A DNA stretch of 64,000 bases from Fidelibacterota bacterium (GTDB lineage Bacteria; Fidelibacterota; Marinisomatia; Marinisomatales; Marinisomataceae): contig OZ243041.1 of assembly GCA_965212055.1 (NCBI GenBank), forward strand, positions 128,001 to 192,000. Direction: 5' to 3'. A program made the position numbers and the translations under genes. Each line of letters opens with the position of its first letter. The stretch's first letter is position 1. Positions 48,344 through 59,190 of the stretch are shown here, piece by piece. A model generated the notes under the pieces. It searched no databases and was not told the DNA's origin. It saw only the letters and a program-made list of their open reading frames with translations.

Positions 48344-49270
48344 TTGAAACGTCGAGATTTCATTAAACAATCTGCTGTAATTACTGGCGGAATTACACTT
48401 ACTGGGTTAGGTAGCTCCATTGTTTTGGGTTCTAGCACAACTAAAACATTTAAAATATCACTTGCCGAATGGTCTTTACATCGTTCTTTGCAAAGTAGAG
48501 ACATAGACCACCTTGATTTTTGTTCTGTTGCAAAAAATGAATTTGGAATCTCAGCGGTTGAATACGTGAACTCTTTTTTCTTCGATAAAGCACACAATCT
48601 CACTTATCTCAAAGAAATGAAAATGAGAGCAGACGATCTAGGGGTAAAAAGCCTTCTCATTATGTGTGATCGGGAAGGAAATCTTGGTGATCCAGATTCA
48701 AATAAAAGAACACAAGCGGTTGAAAATCATTATAAATGGGCAGAAGCTGCTCAATATTTGGGATGCCATTCCATTCGTGTTAATGCTCGAAGCTTTGGTA
48801 CCTATGATGAGCAAATTGAATTGGCTACCGATGGCTTACGTCGCCTTACAGAATTTGGAGATACTTTAGGTATCAACACAATTGTTGAAAATCATGGTGG
48901 ACTTTCATCTAATGGAAAATGGTTATCAACTGTTATGAAAAAAGTAGACCATCCTCGCGTGGGCACCCTACCAGACTTTGGGAATTTTCGACTTGAAGGA
49001 GACAAATGGTATGACCGATATAAAGGGATGAAAGAACTCATGCCATATGCGAAAGCTGTCAGTGCTAAAAGCCATGAATTTGATAAGCATGGCAATGAAA
49101 CCGGTACTGATTATTCTAAAATGATGGAGATTGTCCTAAACGCAAATTATCATGGGTATGTAGGAATCGAATATGAAGGTAGTATTCACAGCGAAATGGA
49201 AGGTATACAGCTTACACTTGATTTATTGAAAAAGATAAGATCTATGCTTGATATTAATCCTTCAGAATAG
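48344..49270 (+). CDS. Sugar phosphate isomerase/epimerase TIM barrel (xylose isomerase-like) with Tat signal
   Basis: KRRDFIK; ISLAEWSLHR, ENHGG, LPDFGNF, GIEYEG. Confidence 0.9.
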   Translation: MKRRDFIKQSAVITGGITLTGLGSSIVLGSSTTKTFKISLAEWSLHRSLQSRDIDHLDFCSVAKNEFGISAVEYVNSFFFDKAHNLTYLKEMKMRADDLGVKSLLIMCDREGNLGDPDSNKRTQAVENHYKWAEAAQYLGCHSIRVNARSFGTYDEQIELATDGLRRLTEFGDTLGINTIVENHGGLSSNGKWLSTVMKKVDHPRVGTLPDFGNFRLEGDKWYDRYKGMKELMPYAKAVSAKSHEFDKHGNETGTDYSKMMEIVLNANYHGYVGIEYEGSIHSEMEGIQLTLDLLKKIRSMLDINPSE

Positions 49271-50471
49271 TTTTAATTGAGTTATTCAGCTTTTCAATAA
49301 AAATATCAATCTCTTCAATAGTATTATAAACATAAAAACTAACTCTTGCACAAGATGAAATACCCAATGAATTCATTAAAGGTTTGCAACAATGATGACC
49401 AGATCTTAGAGTAATACCCTCAAAATCAAGAAATTGTGCAATATCAAGTGAATGAATATTTTCAACATTAAAACTAATGATTGGAATTCTTTCTGATGCA
49501 TTGCCATAGATTGTCATTCCATTAATATCATTTAATTTTTCCAAGGCGTGTAATGTAAGTTTTTTTTGGGCTTCTATATGATCATCTCCAATTTGATTTA
49601 AAAAATCAATTGCATAACCCAACGAGATTGCCTGTGCAGACAATGGTGAACCAGCTTCAAATTTATGAGGGATACTAGTCCATGTAGATTTTTCCATCGT
49701 TACATCTTCAATCATTCCACCACCCGTTTGATACGGAGCCATATTCTCTAGAATATCTTTTTTTCCATATAAAATTCCTATACCTGTTGGTCCTAGCATT
49801 TTATGTCCTGAAAATGCAAAAAAGTCACAATCTAATTCTTCTACATTAATTTTGATATGTGGGGTACTTTGACATCCATCTAATAACACTAATGTTCCAT
49901 GTTGATGTGCTTTTTCAATAATTTCTTTTACAGGATTAACTGTTCCAAAAACATTCGAGGTATGTGTCATAGCCAATATTTTTACGTTAGCATTTAAATG
50001 ATTTTCTAATTCTTCAATATTAATAGTACCATTTTCAGTTGATTCAATATATTTGACTGTTGCTCCAGTTTTCTCACCAATAATTTGCCAGGGAACAATA
50101 TTGGAATGATGTTCCATATTTGTAATTAAAATGGTATCATTTTTATTCAGATTTTGAAAACCCCATGCATCAGCGACAAGATTAATTGATTCTGTGGCAC
50201 CTTTAGTAAAGATGATTGATGCTGGGTCACTTGCTCCAATGAAGTGAGCAATTTTTTTTCTTGATCCTTCAAACGCATTGGTTGCTTTTTCACCTAATTC
50301 ATAAACACTTCTATGTACACTTCCACCATATTCTTTATAAAATTTGCTTTCAGCTTCAATAACGCTTATTGGTTTTAAACTTGTAGCAGCGGTGTCAAAA
50401 TAGATTAAGTCTTTACCGCGATTCTTTTGTCTAAGAATTGGAAATTCTTTTCGAATACTATGTACATCCAT
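49254..50471 (-). CDS. sufS: Cysteine desulfurase SufS
   Basis: YFDTAATS, FSGHKMLGPTG, RSGHHC. Confidence 0.95.
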   Translation of the reverse strand: MDVHSIRKEFPILRQKNRGKDLIYFDTAATSLKPISVIEAESKFYKEYGGSVHRSVYELGEKATNAFEGSRKKIAHFIGASDPASIIFTKGATESINLVADAWGFQNLNKNDTILITNMEHHSNIVPWQIIGEKTGATVKYIESTENGTINIEELENHLNANVKILAMTHTSNVFGTVNPVKEIIEKAHQHGTLVLLDGCQSTPHIKINVEELDCDFFAFSGHKMLGPTGIGILYGKKDILENMAPYQTGGGMIEDVTMEKSTWTSIPHKFEAGSPLSAQAISLGYAIDFLNQIGDDHIEAQKKLTLHALEKLNDINGMTIYGNASERIPIISFNVENIHSLDIAQFLDFEGITLRSGHHCCKPLMNSLGISSCARVSFYVYNTIEEIDIFIEKLNNSIKTILKD

Positions 50472-50992
50472 TAATATAATCCTAATTGAAGTTTTGCAGC
50501 ATCAGACATCATATCTTGATTCCATTGAGGTTCCCATACTAATTCAACTTCAACATCTTTTGTTCCATGTAATGATAGAATTTTTTCTTTTACTTCATCA
50601 GCAATGACAGGACCCATTCCACATCCAGGTGCAGTTAATGTCATTTTAATTGATACGCTTACCCCATCTTTTTCTTCTGAAACTGTGCAATCATATACTA
50701 AGCCAAGATCAACAATATTGACTGGTATTTCTGGATCATAACATGTTTCAAGAATATTCCAAACTTCTTCTTTGTTTGCAAAATTATTACTGACAATTGA
50801 TTTTTTTTCTTCACCGATTGCTTCAGCATCGGATCCTTTTACTTGATACATGTTTCCTTCTACAACAATAGTAAAATTATTACCTAAAGATTGTGTAATA
50901 ATACCAGGCATGCCTTTTTTTAGAAGAATCTTTTCACCATCAGGGATGCTAAAAACTTCTACGTCCGAATGTAAAATAAATTCTTTATTCAT
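50471..50992 (-). CDS. sufT: Fe-S assembly protein SufT (DUF59)
   Basis: CYDPEIPVNIVDLGL, MTLTAPGCGMG. Confidence 0.9.
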   Translation of the reverse strand: MNKEFILHSDVEVFSIPDGEKILLKKGMPGIITQSLGNNFTIVVEGNMYQVKGSDAEAIGEEKKSIVSNNFANKEEVWNILETCYDPEIPVNIVDLGLVYDCTVSEEKDGVSVSIKMTLTAPGCGMGPVIADEVKEKILSLHGTKDVEVELVWEPQWNQDMMSDAAKLQLGLY

Positions 50993-51407
50993 CTGTAAGC
51001 TCTTTTTTAATAAATGTTAAAGCGCCAATAAAACCATTCTGTCTTTGACTGGAAATGCTTGTTCCTATATTCAACCATTCAAAAACTTCTATAGGTTCAT
51101 TAAAATCATCAATAAAATCAATAATATTCTTTTTTTCTAAATTATTGAACCCAATTTGTAAAATTCGCAATAATCCCTTTACAATTGCACTTTCCGAATC
51201 TGCTTTTATATTAACTGTACCATCATTCTTTACCTTGATCCATGTTTGGGATGTACATGCATGTACTTTATTGGTATCTTTTTTATCTTCCGTATTAATC
51301 TTATCAATTTTCTTACCTAGATCAATTAAATGGATAAGTTTATCTTGGCCTTCTAGAATAGAGAATGCATCTTTAATATCAGAAAAGTTCTTGTTTATAT
51401 TATCCAT
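50985..51407 (-). CDS. sufE: SufE sulfur acceptor
   Basis: VHACTSQTW, ADSESAIVKGL, QRQNG. Confidence 0.9.
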   Translation of the reverse strand: MDNINKNFSDIKDAFSILEGQDKLIHLIDLGKKIDKINTEDKKDTNKVHACTSQTWIKVKNDGTVNIKADSESAIVKGLLRILQIGFNNLEKKNIIDFIDDFNEPIEVFEWLNIGTSISSQRQNGFIGALTFIKKELTDE

Positions 51408-52587
51408 TCATCCATTTATCTATATAAGCTTGTGCTTCATCTTTAATAGTATCATTTGAAAATTGTTTGATTACTTCATGCGCAAAAGCTTTAATAAGAA
51501 TTTGAGTTGCTTGTTCTTTTCTTATTCCCCTTGTTTGTAAATAAAAGATACTATCTTTATCTAATGCTCCAGTTGTGGATCCATGACCACACTGAACATC
51601 GTCAGCATAAATTTCTAATTGAGGATTAGAGTGTGCTGTTGCTTCTTTAGAGAGAAGCAAATTTTTATTTGATTGATTGGAATCGGTTTTTTGAGCACCA
51701 GCAGCCACTATCACTTTTCCATTGAATACACAGGTTGATTTATTCTGAAGAATGTTTCTTACATTTTGGAAACTAGTACAATGTTCTGAATTGTGGTTAA
51801 TTAATATATTATTATCTACATGTTCATTATTTTTAGTAAGATTTAATGTGTTGATTGTCGTTTCACCACCAGTTTGGTTTAAGTCAACTTCAATAAAATT
51901 TTTATTAAATGATGACTCATAATTAAAGTTATCAACATTAATAATGCTATTGAGTCCAGATTCATAATAATTATACCCTAATAAGTTGCTTTTTGTATTA
52001 TCATTAAAGATGATTGTATGATTTAGCATTGAGTTATCTGAACAAATAAATTTATTAATTTTTAAATTAAAACTATCAAGTCCATTATTAACATTTTTTT
52101 CAACAATAGAAATATTATTTTTTTTATTTAATTTGAAAATATTGAATACTGGAATAAACATATTTTCTATCTTTTTGTCATAAACATTAATAATCTGAAT
52201 TTCAGTATCAAATTTCTCACCTTCTTTGAACTCAATCAAAACACCTTCATTAAATTTTGCAATTCCCAAATTAAATAGAGATTCATCCTGAAAGTTGTCT
52301 GACATTTTTATGATCTTACTATCTTTTACTTCGATGGTTTTACCAATTGAAATTTGATTTTTGTAAGTAAAATTATTTAGAGATTCTTTAACAAATTTTC
52401 CGTTTACAAAACATAATGCATTTTCCATTGCTAGATATTGTTTGATATCAATCTCCGACTGATCTTGATTAATAATATTATAGTTTTTTAGATGACTACT
52501 ATTTGAGAATTTCCAGTTTTCTAATTTCTTAGAAGGGTAGCCTAACTTCTTAAATGCATTATAACTATGATTTTTTGTTTGATCCAA
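51400..52587 (-). CDS. sufD: Fe-S assembly protein SufD
   Basis: ENWKF, PQLEIYADDVQCGHGST; TTG start with GAGGT SD. Confidence 0.9.
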   Translation of the reverse strand: MDQTKNHSYNAFKKLGYPSKKLENWKFSNSSHLKNYNIINQDQSEIDIKQYLAMENALCFVNGKFVKESLNNFTYKNQISIGKTIEVKDSKIIKMSDNFQDESLFNLGIAKFNEGVLIEFKEGEKFDTEIQIINVYDKKIENMFIPVFNIFKLNKKNNISIVEKNVNNGLDSFNLKINKFICSDNSMLNHTIIFNDNTKSNLLGYNYYESGLNSIINVDNFNYESSFNKNFIEVDLNQTGGETTINTLNLTKNNEHVDNNILINHNSEHCTSFQNVRNILQNKSTCVFNGKVIVAAGAQKTDSNQSNKNLLLSKEATAHSNPQLEIYADDVQCGHGSTTGALDKDSIFYLQTRGIRKEQATQILIKAFAHEVIKQFSNDTIKDEAQAYIDKWMNG

Positions 52588-52607
52588 TTGATTTGTACCT
52601 CATAAAA

Positions 52608-53348
52608 CTATTTCAGAAGCCAAGAATAGCCTTTCTTTTCTACTTCTTGTGCAAGGCTCATATCACCCGATTTCTTGATTTTACCATCAATCATCACATG
52701 GACAACATCTGGCTTAATATATTCAAGCAATCTTTCGTAGTGAGTAATAATGAGCGTTGAATTGTCTTTACCATTAAATTTATTTACCCCATCTGCTACA
52801 GTTTTTAATGCATCAATATCTAACCCAGAATCTGTTTCGTCTAGTATTGCAAATTTTGGGTTTAAAGATAACAACTGTAGAATCTCACTTTTTTTCTTTT
52901 CTCCACCTGAAAAACCATCATTAATTGATCGTTTTAAGAATGAATCATCTAGATTAAGTTCACTTAGTATCTTTTTTGATTGATTTAAAAATTCTACTGC
53001 ATCCATCTCTTCTTTGCCTTGATGTTCAAAGTGTGCATTGATTGCTGCTCTCAAAAAATAAGCCATACTTACACCAGGAATTGCTACAGGATATTGAAAA
53101 CACACAAATATGCCACTTAACGCTCTATTTTCCGCGCTCATTTCAGTAATATCAACATCATTCATGTATATAGAACCACTTTTTACTTCATATTTTTCAT
53201 TACCAGCTAGTGCATTGGCTAATGTGCTCTTTCCTGATCCATTTCTTCCCATAATTGCATGTACTTCGCCTTTAGGAATTTCTAGATTGATTCCTTTTAG
53301 AATATCTTTTTCTTCTACAGAAACTTTTAATTTTTTTATTTTAATCAT
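52608..53348 (-). CDS. sufC: Fe-S assembly ATPase SufC
   Basis: GRNGSGKST, GFSGGEKK, LDETDSGLD. Confidence 0.97.
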   Translation of the reverse strand: MIKIKKLKVSVEEKDILKGINLEIPKGEVHAIMGRNGSGKSTLANALAGNEKYEVKSGSIYMNDVDITEMSAENRALSGIFVCFQYPVAIPGVSMAYFLRAAINAHFEHQGKEEMDAVEFLNQSKKILSELNLDDSFLKRSINDGFSGGEKKKSEILQLLSLNPKFAILDETDSGLDIDALKTVADGVNKFNGKDNSTLIITHYERLLEYIKPDVVHVMIDGKIKKSGDMSLAQEVEKKGYSWLLK

Positions 53349-54794
53349 TTATCCTACACTATTTTCTAATGTTACTTCAATTAATTGTTTTGCTTCTACC
53401 GCAAATTCCATTGGAAGTTCTTCAAACACTTCTTTACAGAATCCATTAACAATCATAGAGACAGCGTCATCTAAATTAATTCCTCTTTGATTACAATAGA
53501 ATAACTGATCTTCACCAATGCTAGACGTACTAGCTTCATGTTCCATTTTTGCTGTTTTATTTTTGACATCAATATATGGAAAAGTATGTGCTCCACATTT
53601 ATCTCCAATGAGAATAGAATCACATTGTGAGAAATTTCGTGCATTTTCGGCATTTTTCAATATTTTTACCCCACCTCTATATGTATTTTGTCCTTCACCA
53701 GCTGAAATGCCCTTTGAAATAATAGTGCTTTTAGTATTTTTCCCTATATGAATCATTTTAGTGCCCGTATCAGCTTGCTGTTTGTTTTTTGTGACTGCAA
53801 CTGAATAGAATTCTCCAATACTGTCGTCTCCTTGCATAATAACGCTAGGGTATTTCCAAGTAATTGCAGATCCTGTTTCTACTTGTGTCCAAGAAATCTT
53901 AGATCTATCTCCTGCACATTTACCACGTTTGGTGACAAAATTATAAATTCCACCTTTCCCATCTTCGTTACCTGCATACCAATTTTGTATCGTGGAATAT
54001 TTAATAGTAGCATTTTCATGGGCAATTAATTCTACACAGGCGGCATGTAATTGATTTTCATCTCTCATCGGTGCTGTGCATCCCTCAAGATAGCTTACTT
54101 CACTGCCTTCATCGGCAATAATTAGTGTTCTCTCGAATTGTCCAGTGTTAGAAGCATTAATTCTAAAATATGTTGATAATTCAAGGGGACATTTAACATT
54201 TTTAGGTATATAGACAAAAGATCCATCACTGAATACTGCTGAGTTTAAGGCAGCAAAATAATTGTCAGTGTAAGGAATTACTGATCCTAGATATTGTTTT
54301 ACCAGATCTGGATATTCTATAACTGCTTCAGAAAAAGAACAGAAAAGAACCCCATGTTTTGCTAATTCATCTTTGAATGTTGTAGTTATAGAAACACTGT
54401 CAAAGACTGCATCAACAGCAACGCCTTCTAATTTTTTTTGTTCGTCAAGAGAAATACCAAGTTTATTATAGGTATCTAAGATTTCTGGATCTACTTCATC
54501 AAGACTTTTTCTGCTTTTTACCTTTGGAGCTGCATAATAACTCAATGCTTGATAATCTATTGGTTCATAATGAATATTAGCCCAAGTCGGCTCCTTCATT
54601 TTTTGCCAGTTTTTATATGCTTTTAATCTCCAATTAAGCAACCATTGTGGTTCATTTTTTATCTTGGAAAGTTTTTTAATGACTTCTTCATCTAATCCAG
54701 GTTCAAATTTGATTTGCTCTATATTAGTAGTAAATCCATATTTGTACTTCTGATCGAGATTTTTATCAATTATTTTCTGGTTTTTATCAATCAT
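53349..54794 (-). CDS. sufB: Fe-S assembly protein SufB
   Basis: [29 protein letters not shown]. Confidence 0.97.
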   Translation of the reverse strand: MIDKNQKIIDKNLDQKYKYGFTTNIEQIKFEPGLDEEVIKKLSKIKNEPQWLLNWRLKAYKNWQKMKEPTWANIHYEPIDYQALSYYAAPKVKSRKSLDEVDPEILDTYNKLGISLDEQKKLEGVAVDAVFDSVSITTTFKDELAKHGVLFCSFSEAVIEYPDLVKQYLGSVIPYTDNYFAALNSAVFSDGSFVYIPKNVKCPLELSTYFRINASNTGQFERTLIIADEGSEVSYLEGCTAPMRDENQLHAACVELIAHENATIKYSTIQNWYAGNEDGKGGIYNFVTKRGKCAGDRSKISWTQVETGSAITWKYPSVIMQGDDSIGEFYSVAVTKNKQQADTGTKMIHIGKNTKSTIISKGISAGEGQNTYRGGVKILKNAENARNFSQCDSILIGDKCGAHTFPYIDVKNKTAKMEHEASTSSIGEDQLFYCNQRGINLDDAVSMIVNGFCKEVFEELPMEFAVEAKQLIEVTLENSVG

Positions 54795-54936
54795 TTCTAG
54801 TAGGCGAAAATTTATCTAATTACAATGTTATTTACTACGAATTTAGGAATTTATTTCCGACGAAAGTTTTGATGGAATTCTATACTCATTGCTTACTTAA
54901 TTTTCGTAGTGTAAATTGAATGTCGTTTCAGGGATA

Positions 54937-56787
54937 ATGAGTAAAAAAGTTAAATCAGAAACTTTAGATAACGTTACGATACGTTTTGCAGGTGATTCCG
55001 GTGATGGAATGCAACTCAGTGGGGGAAGATTTACCCAAACTTCAGCAATTGTTGGTAATGATTTAAGTACATTGCCAGATTTTCCAGCTGAAATACGTGC
55101 TCCTGCTGGATCTCTAGCTGGAGTAAGTTCGTTTCAAATTCATTTTAGTTCCCACGAAATTCATACACCAGGAGAGGAACCTGATGTTTTGGTCGCGATG
55201 AATCCTGCTGCATTGAAAGTTCATTTAGAAGAATTAGTTCCTGGAGGGATTCTTGTAGTCAATAAGAATGCATTTACAAAAAAGAATTTGAAGCTTGCAG
55301 GATATGAATCTGATCCAACTGAAGATGGTTCATTGGATGATTATTATTCAGTGCATTATATTGAAATGAGTAAATTGGTTACAAATGCTTGTGAAGGATT
55401 AGATTTACCTCCAAAAACTGTTGAAAGAACTAAAAATCTTTGTGCATTAGGAGTTCTTTTTTGGATGTATGATCGTCCTCTTGAACCCACTCTCGATTGG
55501 TTAAATAAAAAATTTAAATCTAAACCATTAATTATTGATGCTAATACAAGAGCTTTACATGCAGGATATAATTATGGTGATACTGCAGAAATATTTACAA
55601 CACGTTATATTGTGAAAAAAGCTAGTTTAGCTCCTGGAAAATATAGAAATATTAATGGAACCCTAGCTTCATGTTTGGGAATACTGACTGCATCGCAAAA
55701 AAGTAATTTAAATATTACTTTTGCTGGTTATCCTATTACTCCAGCAAGTAACCTATTGCATACTTTATCAAATTGGAAAAATTTTGGGATTAGAACCTTT
55801 CAAGCCGAAGATGAAATTGCTGGTATAGGAGTTGCTATTGGATCTTCCTATGGTGGATCGCTTGGGATTACTGCCTCTTCTGGACCTGGTATTGCATTGA
55901 AGACAGAAATGATGGGCTTGGCGGTGATGACTGAACTCCCATTAGTAATTATTAATGTTCAAAGAGGTGGACCTAGCACCGGATTACCAACAAAAACCGA
56001 ACAATCAGATCTATTACAAGCTGTATATGGACGTAATGGAGAAGCTCCAATTCCTGTTATAGCACCTACTACGCCTGGGGATTGTTATTTTGCTGCATAT
56101 GAAGCATGTAGAATTGCTGTTAAATATATGGTTCCTGTTATTGTATTATCTGATGGGTATCTTGTTAATGGATCAGAACCATGGCTTATTCCAAATCCAG
56201 ATGATTTAGAAGATTTTATTGCAAATTTTGAAAAAGAAAATACTTCTGGTGAGAAATTCCTTCCTTATAAGCGTGACACCAATACATTAGCAAGAAATTG
56301 GGCTATTCCTGGAACAAAAGGCTTAGAACATCGCATTGGAGGGCTTGAAAAACAAGATATTACTGGAAATGTGAACTATGAACCTGGTAATCACCATGAA
56401 ATGGTACGAATACGTGCTCAGAAAGTTCAAAATATTGTGAATGAAATTGGTCCTACTGATATTTATGGTAAAAAAACAGGAGATTTACTTATTCTTAGCT
56501 GGGGGAGTGCCCATGGGTCTTGTAGATCAGCAGTAGAAGCTTTATTAGAGGAAAAATTGAAAGTTGCCCATGTATCTGTACAGTGGGTAAATCCATTACC
56601 ACCAGATTTAGGAAATATTTTAAGCAAATATAAAAAAGTTTTGATTCCAGAAGTCAATACTGGACAGTTTAGAAAAATCATTCGTTCAGAATTTTTAGTT
56701 GATGCAATTGGATTCAATCAAGTAAGAGGAAAACCATTGAGTCCTTCAAGCATTGTAGATAAAGCAAAGGAATTAATTAATGAGTAA
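54937..56787 (+). CDS. korA: 2-oxoacid:ferredoxin oxidoreductase alpha subunit (fused gamma-alpha)
   Basis: AGDSGDGMQ, YPITP, QRGGPSTGLPTK. Confidence 0.9.
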   Translation: MSKKVKSETLDNVTIRFAGDSGDGMQLSGGRFTQTSAIVGNDLSTLPDFPAEIRAPAGSLAGVSSFQIHFSSHEIHTPGEEPDVLVAMNPAALKVHLEELVPGGILVVNKNAFTKKNLKLAGYESDPTEDGSLDDYYSVHYIEMSKLVTNACEGLDLPPKTVERTKNLCALGVLFWMYDRPLEPTLDWLNKKFKSKPLIIDANTRALHAGYNYGDTAEIFTTRYIVKKASLAPGKYRNINGTLASCLGILTASQKSNLNITFAGYPITPASNLLHTLSNWKNFGIRTFQAEDEIAGIGVAIGSSYGGSLGITASSGPGIALKTEMMGLAVMTELPLVIINVQRGGPSTGLPTKTEQSDLLQAVYGRNGEAPIPVIAPTTPGDCYFAAYEACRIAVKYMVPVIVLSDGYLVNGSEPWLIPNPDDLEDFIANFEKENTSGEKFLPYKRDTNTLARNWAIPGTKGLEHRIGGLEKQDITGNVNYEPGNHHEMVRIRAQKVQNIVNEIGPTDIYGKKTGDLLILSWGSAHGSCRSAVEALLEEKLKVAHVSVQWVNPLPPDLGNILSKYKKVLIPEVNTGQFRKIIRSEFLVDAIGFNQVRGKPLSPSSIVDKAKELINE

Positions 56788-57793
56788 AAATCAAGTACTA
56801 ACAAGAAAAGATTTTTCATCAGATCAAGCTGTTAGATGGTGTCCTGGGTGTGGAGACTATGCTGTTCTTGCTCAAACTCAGAAAGTTTTTCCTGAGATTA
56901 CTACAAAAAAGGAAGATGTAGTTTTTATTTCAGGAATTGGTTGTTCGAGTCGTTTCCCATATTATATGGATACATTTGGTTTTCATACAATTCATGGAAG
57001 AGCACCAACCATTGCTAGCGGATTAAAGATTTCGAATCCAGAACTATCAGTTTGGATTGTTACAGGAGATGGAGATGGGCTTTCTATTGGAGGCAATCAT
57101 ATTATTCATTTAATGAGAAGAAATATTGATCTTAATGTTATGTTATTTAATAATAGAATTTATGGTCTTACAAAAGGACAGTATTCTCCTACATCTGAAA
57201 GGGGAAAAATTACATATTCAACTCCAATGGGTTCTTTAGACCATCCTTTTAATCCAACAAAATTAGTTCTTGGTGCTGAAGCAGGATTTGTTGCAAAAAC
57301 CATTGATGTGGAATTAAAACATCTTCAAGAAATGATTAAAAGAGCAAATGATTATAATGGTACTTCATTTATTGAAATTTATCAGAATTGTAATATTTTT
57401 AACGATAATGCATTTTCTAATCTCACCAATAAAGAGACTAAATCGGATCAATTATTAAGGGTAGAAGATGGTAAACCTATGATTTTTGGCATAAATAATG
57501 ATAAAGGTATTTCTATGGATGGTACAACTCCAAAAGTTGTAAAAATTGGTAAAAAATATTCTATAGATGATATTTTAGTTCATAATGAAAAAGATGAATT
57601 TATTGCAGATATGCTTTCTAATTTTACTTCAAATGATGTTTTTCCGGAACCAATAGGGGTATTATATTGTAAAGAAAGAGCAACATATGATGGTTTAATG
57701 GAGCAACAAATGCAAGATGCACAGAAAAAAGATAAAACTCCAAGAACGCTTCATGATTTACTTAATGCTGGAGATACTTGGGAAGTTAAATGA
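56780..57793 (+). CDS. korB: 2-oxoacid:ferredoxin oxidoreductase beta subunit
   Basis: WCPGCG, GIGCS, GDGDG, YGLTKGQ. Confidence 0.9.
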   Translation: MSKNQVLTRKDFSSDQAVRWCPGCGDYAVLAQTQKVFPEITTKKEDVVFISGIGCSSRFPYYMDTFGFHTIHGRAPTIASGLKISNPELSVWIVTGDGDGLSIGGNHIIHLMRRNIDLNVMLFNNRIYGLTKGQYSPTSERGKITYSTPMGSLDHPFNPTKLVLGAEAGFVAKTIDVELKHLQEMIKRANDYNGTSFIEIYQNCNIFNDNAFSNLTNKETKSDQLLRVEDGKPMIFGINNDKGISMDGTTPKVVKIGKKYSIDDILVHNEKDEFIADMLSNFTSNDVFPEPIGVLYCKERATYDGLMEQQMQDAQKKDKTPRTLHDLLNAGDTWEVK

Positions 57794-59190
57794 CAAAATT
57801 TAGAACAGAAAAAGACAGTTTAGGCACAGTTCAGGTTCCTGTAAAAGCTTATTATGGAGCTCAAACGCAAAGAGCAATTGAAAACTTTGAAATTGGATGG
57901 GCAATGGATTTAAATTTAATTTTCCCATATATCATCATCAAAAAAGCTGCGGCAATTTCTAATCATACTCAAAAAAGATTATCCAAAAAATTAAGTAATG
58001 CAATTGTAAAAGCATGTGATGATATCCTAGAACATCCGGAAGATTTTATTAATCAATTCCCTGTATCTGTATTCCAAAGCGGTAGCGGAACTCAAACAAA
58101 TATGAATGTTAATGAAGTCATTGCAAATAAAGCCAATGAACTGTTAGGTGGAAAGTTAGGAGAATATAAATTTATTCATCCTAATGACCACGTAAATATG
58201 TCTCAATCTACAAATGATACTTTTCCTTCAGCTATTCTTATTGGATGTGTTTTGAATGTTGAGGATAATTTGTTACCAAGTTTAGAGATACTAAAAGCAG
58301 AATTAAGTAAAAAAGAAAAAGAATTTAAGTCAATTGTTAAAGTTGGTAGAACACACCTTCAAGATGCAACCCCAATTACACTAGGACAAGAATTCTCTGG
58401 ATATGTATCAATGATTAATAACGATATCAAGAGGATTCAAAACACATTGAAAGAATGTTCTAAACTTCCAATAGGAGGAACTGCTGTTGGAACAGGGATT
58501 AACACAATTGCAGGCTATGATAAATTAATGGTCAATACTATAAGCAACGAGACTGGACTTAGTTTTAAAGTCTGTAATAATAAATTTGAACTTTTATCCT
58601 CTCAAAATGCTATTTCTGATTTATCTGCTCAAATAAAGATTTGTTCTAGCTCACTTAATAAAATTGCAAATGATATTAAATGGTTATCTAGTGGCCCAAT
58701 GGCTGGTATTGGCGAATTAAAACTTCCTTCCAACGAACCTGGTAGTTCTATTATGCCTGGCAAGGTTAACCCAACACAATGTGAAGCGGTCAATATGGTC
58801 CATGCTCAAATTCTTGGGAATGATATGACTGTTGGATTTGCAGGATCAGGTGGCAATTTTGAACTAAACACCTATAGGCCAGTAGTTGCATCCACTATCC
58901 ATGAATCTATTGCTTTATTGAGTGAAGTTTCTGAGTCCTTTGCATTACATGCGATAAAAGGATTATCTGCTAATAAGAAGAAAATTAAAGAAAATCTAAA
59001 TAAATCTTTGATGTTAGTAACAGCACTTGTTCCAGAGATAGGTTATGAGAAATCTTCAGAAATTGCAAAAAAAGCATTGAAAGAAAATATATCACTAAAA
59101 GAAAGTGCAAAGAAATTGAATTACCTGTCTGAAAAAGAATTTGATAAAATTGTTAAACCAGAATTAATGGTTTCTCCTAAGAAAAAATGA
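57790..59190 (+). CDS. fumC: Class II fumarate hydratase
   Basis: SGSGTQTNMN, GRTHLQDA, GSSIMPGKVNPTQCE. Confidence 0.9.
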   Translation: MTKFRTEKDSLGTVQVPVKAYYGAQTQRAIENFEIGWAMDLNLIFPYIIIKKAAAISNHTQKRLSKKLSNAIVKACDDILEHPEDFINQFPVSVFQSGSGTQTNMNVNEVIANKANELLGGKLGEYKFIHPNDHVNMSQSTNDTFPSAILIGCVLNVEDNLLPSLEILKAELSKKEKEFKSIVKVGRTHLQDATPITLGQEFSGYVSMINNDIKRIQNTLKECSKLPIGGTAVGTGINTIAGYDKLMVNTISNETGLSFKVCNNKFELLSSQNAISDLSAQIKICSSSLNKIANDIKWLSSGPMAGIGELKLPSNEPGSSIMPGKVNPTQCEAVNMVHAQILGNDMTVGFAGSGGNFELNTYRPVVASTIHESIALLSEVSESFALHAIKGLSANKKKIKENLNKSLMLVTALVPEIGYEKSSEIAKKALKENISLKESAKKLNYLSEKEFDKIVKPELMVSPKKK

